The notes under the pieces were generated by a model. The model saw nothing but the letters and a program-made list of their open reading frames with translations, had not been told where the DNA came from and did no database searches. Below are positions 53,939 to 62,402 of a stretch of DNA of 62,402 bases, piece by piece (the first letter of the stretch is position 1; the number at the start of each line of letters is the position of its first letter). The translations under genes and the position numbers were made by a program. Origin of the DNA: Candidatus Doudnabacteria bacterium (GTDB lineage Bacteria; Patescibacteriota; Doudnabacteria; UBA920); NCBI GenBank assembly GCA_016218585.1, contig JACRDK010000013.1, positions 1 to 62,402 of the forward strand. The letters run 5' to 3'.

Positions 53939-54088
53939 GCGAGTCAAACTCGCTTTGATGAGCGCAGGCCAGTCTGACTGGCCCAGGGTCAGTCTTTCTG
54001 AACAACTATTGACTGGCTAATCTAAAAAAGGTTGTTCTGTGACTGACAAAAACATGAACTTATTTATATATATATTTCAATAGCGGTT

Positions 54089-54589
54089 TTGGCTGGCTAT
54101 TTTTTTATTGTCTTTTTTGTTATTCGACTGTTTGCCCCGTTTTTTGGATTTAAGAATCAGATGCCATTGGTTGAACCGCCGCAGGATATAAAAAACACTA
54201 TTGCTGCTTTGGAAGCTGCGTGTATAAATCAGCAGGCGTATTTGGAAGCCGTATATAATTTGGTGTTAGACAAAACCTTGCACCAATGGCATCATACGCG
54301 CTTTCAAGCCGCTTTCCGCATTTCTAGGCTATTTGTTAAAGATTTGTTAGAAATCTGGCAGACTAAAGATTTTTTGTATTGTACGGCCATTAACTATTCG
54401 GCATTTATTCTGTTAGCGCAAAGCAAGTTTTTTACCGCTAATGATATAAAAGTAAAACATATATTTTTAAATTTTGTACCGCACCAGTATTTGCAGGTTA
54501 AAGTGGGGGAGAAGTGGGTAGATTTTGACCCCGCCGGCAGCGGGGTACGCGGGCTGCCTTTAGGAACTCATGCCGAGTGGTTTGGCTAA
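54089..54589 (+). CDS. Transglutaminase-like (Cys-His-Asp) domain protein, tentative
   Basis: 166 aa with an N-terminal TM and a candidate triad: LYCTAINYS (Cys), VPHQYLQV (His), WVDFDP (Asp). The start is uncertain (TTG 54089 or ATG 54161). Confidence 0.45.
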   Translation: MAGYFFIVFFVIRLFAPFFGFKNQMPLVEPPQDIKNTIAALEAACINQQAYLEAVYNLVLDKTLHQWHHTRFQAAFRISRLFVKDLLEIWQTKDFLYCTAINYSAFILLAQSKFFTANDIKVKHIFLNFVPHQYLQVKVGEKWVDFDPAGSGVRGLPLGTHAEWFG

Positions 54590-54618
54590 TTGACAAAAAA
54601 ACGTAATCCTACTAAACT
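54590..54618 (+). promoter_or_regulatory. Promoter (TTGACA-17-TAAACT) for the SAM riboswitch-metK unit
   Basis: Hexamers with a 17-nt spacer, 20 nt upstream of the aptamer. Confidence 0.55.
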
Positions 54619-54637
54619 AAGTTTAATTGAATAAGTT

Positions 54638-54737
54638 TTTATCCAGAGAGCAGTTAGGGTTCTAGCCCGATGATCTGCCAGCAACCCTGAGGAAACTCGA
54701 ATGGGTGCTAAATCTAGCCCCACGCGGGAAAGATAAT
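54638..54737 (+). promoter_or_regulatory. SAM-I (S-box) riboswitch aptamer
   Basis: ttatccagagagcagttagggttctagcccgatgatctgccagcaaccc...ggtgctaaatctagcc...gaaagataa matches the conserved S-box core. It lies upstream of metK. Confidence 0.85.
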
Positions 54738-54745
54738 TTACATCT

Positions 54746-54769
54746 CATCCGCTTTGGCGGATTTTTTTG
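54746..54769 (+). terminator. Riboswitch expression-platform terminator
   Basis: atccgc-tttg-gcggat followed by T7. Confidence 0.8.
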
Positions 54770-54867
54770 TGCCATCCTTACCCCGAGCATTTTTATTTAG
54801 GGGTAACACAGGACGATTAGGGCATTATTTAAATAATATTAATAAAAAATTATTAAGCAGAGAATTT

Positions 54868-56070
54868 ATGAAATCATCAATTCAAAAAAAACTGTTTACT
54901 TCCGAATCGGTGACCGAAGGTCATCCGGACAAAATGGCAGACCAGATTAGCGATGGCGTCTTGGATGCTATTTTAAAAGAAGATCCAAAGGGTCGCGTGG
55001 CCGTGGAAACCTTGCTGACTAACGGCGTTTGCGTCGTGGCCGGTGAAGTTACTACAAAAACTTATGTAGATATACAGAAAGTGGCCCGCGCCATTATTAA
55101 AGACATTGGTTATACCAACGCTGAATATGGTTTCCATTGGGAGACCTCCGGCGTTATGGTTGCCATAAAAGAGCAATCAAGTGATATTGCTATGGGCGTT
55201 GATGCATTTGAAAAGAACAAGAAAGGGGAAATTGTTAAAGAAGATTTGGAAAAAATTGGCGCCGGCGACCAGGGCTTAATGTTTGGTTTTGCCACAGACG
55301 AAACTAAAGAATTAATGCCTTTGCCAATTGTTTTGGCACATAAATTGACTCATAGATTGGCAGAGGTCAGAAAGAAAAACATTATTAAAGGTTTACGCCC
55401 TGACGGTAAAAGCCAGGTAACCGTTGAATACAATGGCGACAAGCCAAAGCGAGTGCATACGGTATTAATTGCCGCGCAGCACGATGCCGAAATTGACAGT
55501 GAAAAATTGAAAGCGGAAATTATTAAGCATGTAATAAAAAAAGTTATTCCAGGACAGTTATTGGATAAAAATACCAGAATTTTAGTTAACTCTACCGGCA
55601 GGTTTGTTATTGGTGGACCGCAAGGGGACACAGGGCTCACGGGTAGAAAAATTATTGTTGATACTTACGGCGGTTACGCCAGGCACGGCGGCGGGTGCTT
55701 TAGCGGTAAAGATCCGTCTAAGGTGGATCGTAGCGGCAGCTATATGGCTCGTTATGTTGCTAAAAATTTAGTGGCTGCCGGATTGGCTAAAAAATTAGAA
55801 GTGCAAATCGCTTATGCTATTGGCGTGCCGGAGCCTTTGTCAGTACGCGTTGATTCCTTTGGTACGGGAAGATACGGCGACGATAAAATTGCGGAAATTG
55901 TCTCCTTGGTTTTTGACTTAAGACCAGGAATGATAATTAAGAATTTAGGTTTACGCAAGCCAATTTATCGCGCTACTGCCGCTTATGGACATTTTGGCAG
56001 AAACGACCTTAAGCTTCCTTGGGAAAAGACCGATAAAGTAAAGGATATAAAAAAAGTTTTAAAGAAATAG
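54868..56070 (+). CDS. metK: S-adenosylmethionine synthetase
   Basis: ATG 54868: [29 protein letters not shown].., [22 protein letters not shown]. The track N-extension (54754) covers the terminator. Confidence 0.96.
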   Translation: MKSSIQKKLFTSESVTEGHPDKMADQISDGVLDAILKEDPKGRVAVETLLTNGVCVVAGEVTTKTYVDIQKVARAIIKDIGYTNAEYGFHWETSGVMVAIKEQSSDIAMGVDAFEKNKKGEIVKEDLEKIGAGDQGLMFGFATDETKELMPLPIVLAHKLTHRLAEVRKKNIIKGLRPDGKSQVTVEYNGDKPKRVHTVLIAAQHDAEIDSEKLKAEIIKHVIKKVIPGQLLDKNTRILVNSTGRFVIGGPQGDTGLTGRKIIVDTYGGYARHGGGCFSGKDPSKVDRSGSYMARYVAKNLVAAGLAKKLEVQIAYAIGVPEPLSVRVDSFGTGRYGDDKIAEIVSLVFDLRPGMIIKNLGLRKPIYRATAAYGHFGRNDLKLPWEKTDKVKDIKKVLKK

Positions 56071-56182
56071 TTGAAAGTTAAAAAACACCGCATTTGCTTG
56101 GGCAAATTGCGGTGTTTCTTTTTACTGGGACTGGTTTCTGATAGAATTAGGACAGGTGTTATGAATCGATAAAATATAAATT

Positions 56183-56497
56183 ATGGAACGCGATAATTTA
56201 AATTACTCAAGGTTTTTAGAAGAAGCTAAGGCTTTAGAAATTGAGCTGGCTGAGATAGATGCAGAAATTGGCGGTTTAGAGGAAAAAATGGCAAATATTG
56301 AAGGAAAAAGAAGTCGTAGCAAAGGAGATATACTTAAGCACTCTATGTTGGATGTGCAACTGGTTGATATATTATCGCAATTGGAAGATTTAAGGATTCG
56401 CAGAGGCGACCTGATAAATATAATTGTCGCAAAAAAGAATTCCTATGGAGTTGTTGATGAAGGCTTAAAAGATTTTGATTCAAAATACAAAAATTAA
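56183..56497 (+). CDS. Hypothetical coiled-coil protein
   Basis: 104-aa ORF, heptad-rich; no motif recognised. Confidence 0.45.
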   Translation: MERDNLNYSRFLEEAKALEIELAEIDAEIGGLEEKMANIEGKRSRSKGDILKHSMLDVQLVDILSQLEDLRIRRGDLINIIVAKKNSYGVVDEGLKDFDSKYKN

Positions 56498-56507
56498 ATT
56501 TAAAGAA

Positions 56508-58529
56508 ATGAAAAATAATTTAGAACAATTAGCAAAATTAGTTCGATATTATATTTTAACTTCCACTACCGCAGCGGGTAGCGGACATCCTTCTTCCAGT
56601 CTTTCAGCTACGGATATAATGGTTGAACTTATGTTTGGCAGATCGCAGAATAAAGCGGACGGTTCTGCAAACGCGGACGAACGCGGAAATGGCTCATTTT
56701 TTAGGGCCGATTTAAATGACCATGAGAATCCAAACAATGACAGATTAATTTTTAGTAAAGGTCACGCCAGCCCTTTGTTTTATGCATTATATGCGGCGGC
56801 TGGACAGGCGCGGAATGATGTGGAGCTTAACGCGGACGAACACGGAAAACTGCATCGGGCAATCGACCCGGAGGAGCTTCTTACTTTAAGAAAATTTACC
56901 AGCCGGCTGGAGGGACATCCTACTTCTTTATTTCCTTTTACTGAAGTGCCGACCGGTTCTTTAGGGCAGGGTTTGTCGGTTGGTGTTGGCATGGCGCTAA
57001 ACGCCAAGCTGGACGGGTTGGATTATAGAACGTATGTGCTTATGGGCGACAGTGAAATTGCGGAAGGAAGTGTTTGGGAGGCAATGGCTGTTGCATCTTT
57101 TTATAATTTAAATAATTTAGTAGCAGTCTTGGATATAAATCGTTTGGGGCAAAGAGGGGAAACTATGTTGGGGGTTAATACGGAAATTTATAAACAACGG
57201 GCAGAAAGTTTTGGTTGGAATGCAATTGTTATTGACGGCCATAATTTTGAGGAAATTACAAAAGCATTTGAAACAGCAACCTCTCCCCAGCCCTCCCCTC
57301 AGAAGGGGAGGGAGAAGCCCATAATGATTATCGCGCGAACAATAAAAGGCAAGGGGGTAAGTTTTATAGAAGATAAAGACGGTTGGCATGGTAAAGCGTT
57401 GTCGGCAGAAGAATTGAATAAGGCTCTGGCGGAGTTGGGTGAAGTTGATAAGTCTTTGGTTGGAGAGGTGGCATTACCTGAAAGAAGCAAGAGTCAAGAA
57501 TTAGGAATTAAGGTAGAAACACCCAAATTTACTAATTATGAAGAAGGGAAAAAGGTGGCAACGAGGAAGGCTTATGGAAATGCATTGGCAAATTTGGTTG
57601 AGGTTGACGAGCGAATTGTTGTTTTAGACGCGGAAACCTCTAATTCCACATATGCGGATTCAGTTAAGAAAAATCATCCGGAAAAATTTGTGGAATGTTT
57701 TATTGCCGAACAAAATATGGTTGGCATGGCATTAGGATTTTCCCGCCGCGGTAAAATACCCTTTGTCTCCACTTTTGCGGCTTTTTTGTCCAGGGCCTTT
57801 GACCAAATAAGAATGTCAGCCTTGGCTCAAAGCAATATTAAATTTATTGGTTCACACGCGGGAGTTAGCATTGGCGAAGACGGCAGCTCACAAATGGGTT
57901 TGGAAGAAATTGCAATGTTTAGAGCGCTTCCGGAGACTGTGGTTTTGTATCCTTCCGACGCAGTTTCTACCGAAAAGTTAGTTTTGGAAGCCGCAAAACA
58001 TAAAGGCAACGTTTATATTCAAACAACGCGTAAGGAAACAGAGATAATATACAGAAATGACAAGATCGACGGGAATGACAAGAATGAGCAAGAATTAATG
58101 CAGCAAGAATTCAAAATTGGGGGATCCTGCACGTTAAAATCATCAGATAAAGATATCGCAACGGTTATTGGCGCTGGGGTAACTTTGCACGAAGCCCTGG
58201 CCGCATATGAAGAATTGAAAAAAGAAGGAATTAATATTCGCGTTATAGATTTATACTCTGTTAAACCACTTGATTTGGAAAGTTTAAAAAAGGCCACGGT
58301 GGAAACCAAAAATATTATTGTGGTGGAAGATAATCACCACGAAGGCGGTATTTACGAAGCCGTCGCTGGCGCTTTGGCTTCAGTTGAAAGTTTATCAAGT
58401 TATAAAGTTGCAAGTTTATCAGTAACCAAACTGCCCCGCAGCGGCAAACCGGACGAGCTTTTGGCATACGAGGAAATAGATAAGAATGCTATAATTAAAT
58501 TAGTAAAAACAATCAATAATTCTATTTAA
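56508..58529 (+). CDS. tkt: Transketolase (single-chain) carrying three repeat-derived in-frame insertions
   Basis: ATG 56508. Motifs GSGHPSSSLS, SKGHASP, GDSEIAEGSVWEA and a C-terminal Pyr/TKC domain. Extra segments lie near 56640-56699, 56805-56861 and 57278-57320. Confidence 0.9.
   Translation: MKNNLEQLAKLVRYYILTSTTAAGSGHPSSSLSATDIMVELMFGRSQNKADGSANADERGNGSFFRADLNDHENPNNDRLIFSKGHASPLFYALYAAAGQARNDVELNADEHGKLHRAIDPEELLTLRKFTSRLEGHPTSLFPFTEVPTGSLGQGLSVGVGMALNAKLDGLDYRTYVLMGDSEIAEGSVWEAMAVASFYNLNNLVAVLDINRLGQRGETMLGVNTEIYKQRAESFGWNAIVIDGHNFEEITKAFETATSPQPSPQKGREKPIMIIARTIKGKGVSFIEDKDGWHGKALSAEELNKALAELGEVDKSLVGEVALPERSKSQELGIKVETPKFTNYEEGKKVATRKAYGNALANLVEVDERIVVLDAETSNSTYADSVKKNHPEKFVECFIAEQNMVGMALGFSRRGKIPFVSTFAAFLSRAFDQIRMSALAQSNIKFIGSHAGVSIGEDGSSQMGLEEIAMFRALPETVVLYPSDAVSTEKLVLEAAKHKGNVYIQTTRKETEIIYRNDKIDGNDKNEQELMQQEFKIGGSCTLKSSDKDIATVIGAGVTLHEALAAYEELKKEGINIRVIDLYSVKPLDLESLKKATVETKNIIVVEDNHHEGGIYEAVAGALASVESLSSYKVASLSVTKLPRSGKPDELLAYEEIDKNAIIKLVKTINNSI
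57278..57320. repeat. CAACCTCTCC palindromic element, copy c (inside tkt)
   Basis: caacctctccccagccctcccctcagaaggggagggagaagccc, encoding TSPQPSPQKGREKP. Confidence 0.85.
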
Positions 58530-58531
58530 AT

Positions 58532-59626
58532 ATGATTGATCAGGAAAAAATTGAAAAGTTGAGCAAAACCGCAAAAGAACTTGTTGCTCCGGGTAAGGGG
58601 ATTTTAGCCGCAGACGAAAGCATGAACACCGTAGGCAAGCGCTTTGCCCCAATCAATTTAGAAAATAATGAAGATAACCGCCGCGCTTTTAGGCATATGC
58701 TGCTTACCGCCCCCGGTGAGAGCGAATTTATTTCCGGAGTAATTCTGTTTGACGAAACCATTAGACAGAATGACTTGAGCGGTAAAAGTTTTGTTTCGGT
58801 AATGCAGGAAGGGGGAATAATCCCGGGAATTAAAGTTGACCAGGGTTTGGCTGATTTTGGAGACAGGGGAGAAAAAACAACCAAGGGGTTAGAGGGCTTG
58901 TCTGACAGGCTTAAAGAATATGTTTCTTTGGGAGCAAGGTTTGCTAAATGGAGGTCTGTAATAACTATTTCAAACGCAACCTCTCCTAGCCTCCCCTCAG
59001 AAGGGGAGGAATTGCCCAGTGACGGCAATATTTTGCAAAATGCCAAGGATTTGGCGGCTTACGCTTTGGTATGCCAGCAGGAGGGCTTGGTTCCAATTGT
59101 TGAGCCTGAAGTTTTATTAGATGGCAATCACAGTCTACAACAGGCAAAAGATGCCAGTACCAAGATTTTAACAGCCTTATTTAATGAATTAAACAATGCC
59201 GGCGTGGTTTTGGAAGCATTATTGCTTAAAACCAGCATGGTTCTACCTGGCAAAGACTTTGGCCAAAAGGCTTCAGCCGAAGAAATTGCTAAAAATACAT
59301 TGGAAGTTTTTAATGCAACAGTGCCGCATAATTTGGCCGGAATAATATTTCTGTCCGGAGGGCAGGGAGACGTTGAGGCTACAGAAAATTTGAACGCTAT
59401 AAACAGCCAGGGGACTCAGCCTTGGCCATTAACATTTTCATATGCTCGCGCTTTGCAGGACGCAGCCACAAAAACTTGGGCCGGAAAACCGGAAAATATG
59501 GATCAGGCACAGCAGGTATTTTTGCACCGCGCCAAAATGAACAGTTTGGCAACATTTGGGAAATACACTAAAGCTTTGGAAGAAGGGTTTGCTACTGCTT
59601 CCGGGGGCCAGGCCAGCCAGGATTAG
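58532..59626 (+). CDS. fba: Class I fructose-bisphosphate aldolase
   Basis: 364 aa with GKGILAADES, the region around Schiff-base Lys LLKTSMV, and YARALQ. Confidence 0.9.
   Translation: MIDQEKIEKLSKTAKELVAPGKGILAADESMNTVGKRFAPINLENNEDNRRAFRHMLLTAPGESEFISGVILFDETIRQNDLSGKSFVSVMQEGGIIPGIKVDQGLADFGDRGEKTTKGLEGLSDRLKEYVSLGARFAKWRSVITISNATSPSLPSEGEELPSDGNILQNAKDLAAYALVCQQEGLVPIVEPEVLLDGNHSLQQAKDASTKILTALFNELNNAGVVLEALLLKTSMVLPGKDFGQKASAEEIAKNTLEVFNATVPHNLAGIIFLSGGQGDVEATENLNAINSQGTQPWPLTFSYARALQDAATKTWAGKPENMDQAQQVFLHRAKMNSLATFGKYTKALEEGFATASGGQASQD
58978..59018. repeat. CAACCTCTCC palindromic element, copy d (inside fba)
   Basis: caacctctcctagcctcccctcagaaggggaggaattgccc, encoding TSPSLPSEGEELP. 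Confidence 0.85.
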
Positions 59627-59725
59627 ATTGAAGTGAATTTATAAGCATCAATTTTTTATTTTATAAATTACCTCACGGGGCAAATAAAATTTAGAATTGA
59701 AAATTACAAAAATTAAATATAAAAT

Positions 59726-60487
59726 ATGCCATTAAAAAAATCTGAAGAAAATCATAATCATCACGATGTAATTTGCTTTACTTCGCAGGGCAGGGAAATT
59801 TGCATTCCGGCAAACCAGCTCCCTCATTTATTCAAGAAAGGAAAAACTAGAGAGGTCTCCAGCTGGACCATAATGCGGATAATGGGTGAATTTACTTTGG
59901 GTTTTGAATTTCTTAAACGTTTCAAAAAGTCTGTCTCCATTATGGGCAGCGCTCGCGTGGGTTTGGAACAGGGTGTTTATCAGGAAGCCACAAATTTGGG
60001 TTTTAAGCTCGCAAAAGCAGGTTTTGCAGTGGTAACAGGCGGCGGGCCGGGAGTAATGGAGGCTGCAAATAAAGGAGCGTTTGAAGCAGGCGGCAGAAGC
60101 GTTGGCATAAATATTCGCCTTGCCACTGAGCAGCGCACCAATCAGTATGTGAACGAGTCGGAGAGCTTTACTTTTTTCTTTACCAGAAAAGTAATGCTCG
60201 AAACCGCATCTTCCGCATACATATTTTTCCCCGGCGGTTTTGGAACTTTGGACGAATTTTACGAAATGGTTACGCTGATTCAGACTCATAAAATAAAACG
60301 CGTGCCGGTAATTTTAGTAAGCCGTGATTTTTGGCAGCCATTGGTGGATTGGATGAAAAAGTCTATGCTGGAAAAAAACCACGCAATTGCCAAAGACGAC
60401 CTAGATATTTTTCATTTGGTGGACACTGCGGACGAAGCTTTTGAGTTAATTAAAGAGCTTTCAAGGGATAAAAATTTGTTTAGTTAA
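59726..60487 (+). CDS. LOG family / TIGR00730 Rossmann-fold nucleotide-binding protein
   Basis: 253 aa with GSAR, VVTGGGPGVMEAANKGA and PGGFGTLDEFYE. Confidence 0.88.
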   Translation: MPLKKSEENHNHHDVICFTSQGREICIPANQLPHLFKKGKTREVSSWTIMRIMGEFTLGFEFLKRFKKSVSIMGSARVGLEQGVYQEATNLGFKLAKAGFAVVTGGGPGVMEAANKGAFEAGGRSVGINIRLATEQRTNQYVNESESFTFFFTRKVMLETASSAYIFFPGGFGTLDEFYEMVTLIQTHKIKRVPVILVSRDFWQPLVDWMKKSMLEKNHAIAKDDLDIFHLVDTADEAFELIKELSRDKNLFS

Positions 60488-60521
60488 ATAACCTAACTTA
60501 ACTTTACGGGATACTGTTTTT

Positions 60522-60552
60522 ACTAAATACCTATTAGTACTAATATACTAAT
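60522..60552. repeat. Left arm of a 31-bp imperfect inverted repeat bracketing the GxxExxY gene
   Basis: actaaatacctattagtactaatatactaat, compared with the reverse complement of 60951-60981: 25 of 31 positions match by hand. The arm ends in the AT of the start codon. Confidence 0.75.
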
Positions 60553-60955
60553 GGACCCACAAACCAAACATATAAGGGGAGACTTGTTGTATCCCGAATT
60601 AAGTTATAAACTTGTCGGTGTATTGTTTGATGTTTTTAATGAGCTTGGGCATGGTTACATGGAAAAGGTATATCAAAAAGCTATTGCTCTGAGGCTTAAG
60701 CAGGCGGGGATAAAATTTAAAGAACAGTTATATGCCCCGGTTTTATTTGATGGTGTTGTAATTAGCAAAAACTATTTTGATTTTCTAATTGACGAAAAGA
60801 TTGTATTGGAAATTAAAAAAGGCGATCATTTTGCCTTAGCTCATATAAATCAGGTAAAACAATATTTGGCTACAAATAGTTTGCAGTTAGGGATATTAGC
60901 TTATTTTGCTCCCCGTACAGTTCATTTCAAAAGAATCGTTAATATTAAGGATTAG
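60551..60955 (+). CDS. GxxExxY protein (PD-(D/E)XK-like; family often found in rRNA intervening sequences)
   Basis: 134 aa with ELGHGYMEKVYQKAL (the GxxExxY signature) and DFLIDEKIVLEIK (D..E.K nuclease-like motif). Confidence 0.8.
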   Translation: MDPQTKHIRGDLLYPELSYKLVGVLFDVFNELGHGYMEKVYQKAIALRLKQAGIKFKEQLYAPVLFDGVVISKNYFDFLIDEKIVLEIKKGDHFALAHINQVKQYLATNSLQLGILAYFAPRTVHFKRIVNIKD

Positions 60956-60981
60956 TATATAAGTATAAATTAGTATTTAGT
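60951..60981. repeat. Right arm of the inverted repeat bracketing the GxxExxY gene
   Basis: attagtatataagtataaattagtatttagt; it begins inside the last sense codon and the stop codon. Confidence 0.75.
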
Positions 60982-60998
60982 AAATTTAGGAGAAAGTT

Positions 60999-61835
60999 AT
61001 GACTAAGTTATTTTTAGATTCCGGCGATCCGAAAGAAACCAAAGAAGCTTTGGCTGTTTTAGGGATGATCGACGGGCAAACCACTAATCCGTCTTTAATT
61101 GCCAAAAACCCCGAGGCGGTTGGCAAAAAATTTACCAGGGAAGAAATTAATGAGTTTTATAAAGGCGTGGTTAGGGAAATATCAGCCCAAATTCCAAAGG
61201 GTTCGGTTTCGGTGGAGGTTTATGCCGACGCCAATACTTTAGCCAAAGATATGATTAAGCAGGCGGGGGAGTTCAACTTGTGGATACCGAATGCTCACAT
61301 TAAACTTCCAACTACTCCAGAAGGCTTAAAAGCGGCTTCAGAGCTTACTAAACAGGGGATTAAGGTAAATATGACCTTAGTTTTTAATCAGAGCCAAGCA
61401 GCGGCAGTTTATGCTGCTACCCAGGGCGCGAAGAAGGGCGATGTGTTTGTTTCTCCTTTTGTTGGGCGTCTGGACGACAGGGGAGAGAATGGCATGGACT
61501 TAATTAAGAACATTTTGCAAATGTATCGAGCAGGAGATGGTCATGTGGAAGTTTTAGCGGCAAGTATTCGATCATTGGAACATTTTACCAAAACTATTGA
61601 ATTTGGGTGTGATATTATAACGGCTCCATTAAAAGCCTAAAAAGAATGGGTAAGCAATGGCAAGCCATCGCAGTATCAAGAGTCAGGAATTAAGAATCAA
61701 GCTTTAAAACCAATTATTTACGAAGAAATTAGCTTGGAGAAGCCGTTTACGGAGTATAATATAAAACATGAGTTAACAGACAAAGGGTTGGAGAAGTTTG
61801 CCGCTGACTGGAACAATTTAATTGTTCAGAATTGA
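60999..61835 (+). pseudogene. tal: Transaldolase (Fsa/TalC type) interrupted by an in-frame TAA at 61638-61640
   Basis: FLDSGDP.., TTNPSL, active-site Lys region IKLP and VSPFVGR lie before the stop. The same frame continues for 64 codons through the conserved HELTDKGLEKFAADW to TGA 61833-61835. Confidence 0.75.
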
Positions 61836-62002
61836 TCAGAATTTAAAGAATCAAAAGGGTTATAGGAAATTTTATAATACTAACCCAACAGGCGTCATTC
61901 TGAGCCCGAGTGCATCCGAGGGAGAAGAATCCTTTAAATTATAAAGAGATCCTTTTTCCAATAAATCGGAATCAGGATGACGTCATTGAAAATAATCGAT
62001 AT

Positions 62003-62308
62003 ATGTCAGTACGTGATGATAGTTTGTGGGCTTTAGCTGCTGAAAATTTAAGCTTATCAGATAAATTGCCAGCTGTGGATTTACACGGACTGGCAATTTA
62101 TGAAGCGGAATCAATCTTGGAAAGTTTTTTAAATGAACAGTTTATGTCAGGAGAAGAGGCTGTTAAAATTATTTCCGGTATTGGCACGGGCAAATTAGCT
62201 GCCGCTGTTGAGAAAATTTTAGCTGAGTATAAACGCCACGGCTTGGTTGAAGATTATTTAAGGATAAAGGGCGGGGGAGTGTTTATAGCCAGGCTCTCAT
62301 CAAGGTAA
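62003..62308 (+). CDS. Smr (small MutS-related) domain protein
   Basis: VDLHGLAIYEAESILESFL......VKIISGIGTGKL fits the Smr pattern. The start is uncertain (ATG 62003 or GTG 61910). Confidence 0.7.
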   Translation: MSVRDDSLWALAAENLSLSDKLPAVDLHGLAIYEAESILESFLNEQFMSGEEAVKIISGIGTGKLAAAVEKILAEYKRHGLVEDYLRIKGGGVFIARLSSR

Positions 62309-62373
62309 ATAAGTATGCAGGTATGTAAGCAGACAAGTATGTTAAGTGCGGATAATGTTTTTTCAAAATAAAA

Positions 62374-62401
62374 AATGCCCCGATTAATCGGGGCATTTTT
62401 T
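62374..62401 (+). terminator. Rho-independent terminator
   Basis: aatgccccgat-taa-tcggggcatt followed by a T-run. Confidence 0.85.
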
Positions 62402-62402
62402 A

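Noticed and set aside
53811-54005. 64-aa minus-strand ORF
   Set aside because: It is the antisense of tRNA-Gly(UCC).
54754-54867. N-terminal extension of metK in the track ORF
   Set aside because: The extension is translated from the riboswitch terminator and leader. MetK homology starts at ATG 54868.
1151-59046. Many long ORFs in the track lie antisense to or overlapping strong homolog CDSs (e.g. 5673-6032, 8126-8800, 9812-10255, 19884-20408, 23658-24338, 42130-42561, 42906-43244, 50751-51194, 58540-59046)
   Set aside because: Each lies inside a confidently identified gene on the other strand or frame. They have low-complexity, shadow-ORF-like translations and no SD or start context.
1-62402. 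Alternative genetic code (UGA recoding, as in some CPR lineages)
   Set aside because: All housekeeping genes are full length under the standard code, and TGA, TAA and TAG all act as stops at expected gene ends (e.g. TGA at 16696 and 61833).

Overview
The window looks like a small-genome, Patescibacteria/CPR-like bacterial chromosome segment. This is inferred from gene content: dockerin and lamin-tail surface proteins, ComEC/DprA, class I FBA, and rRNA-IVS-type selfish genes. Standard genetic code. Most of it is housekeeping: ndh, topA, dprA, pth, der, lepB, rpsU, ftsA, ftsZ, nrdR-nrdJ, ndk, rel, mutM, groES/EL, rpmF, nusB, hup, metK, tkt, fba, tal. It also carries tRNA-Val, tRNA-Gly, a SAM-I riboswitch and a cobalamin riboswitch. 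Four things stand out. (1) Two G+C-richer accessory islands. One splits ftsA from ftsZ and carries a head-to-tail fusion of two PEP-CTERM pre-proteins plus two bitopic proteins, each followed by a 93-nt repeat. The other carries five unannotated small membrane-peptide ORFs convergent with two CPBP/Abi proteases. Together they are my best candidate for an undescribed surface-protein or peptide processing/immunity system. (2) Pervasive short repeat families: private-word hairpins, a CAACCTCTCC palindromic element and CCTGCC..GGCAGG palindromes. They fill the spacers and also sit in frame inside at least seven CDSs. (3) Single genes bracketed by diverged direct repeats, suggesting cassette integration. 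(4) A B12 salvage and use cluster, an orphan consensus-promoter sRNA, a split tRNA-like locus, twin 36/40-bp palindromes around a PaaX-like regulator, and a transaldolase with an in-frame stop. All calls come from reading the sequence by eye; no searches were run.
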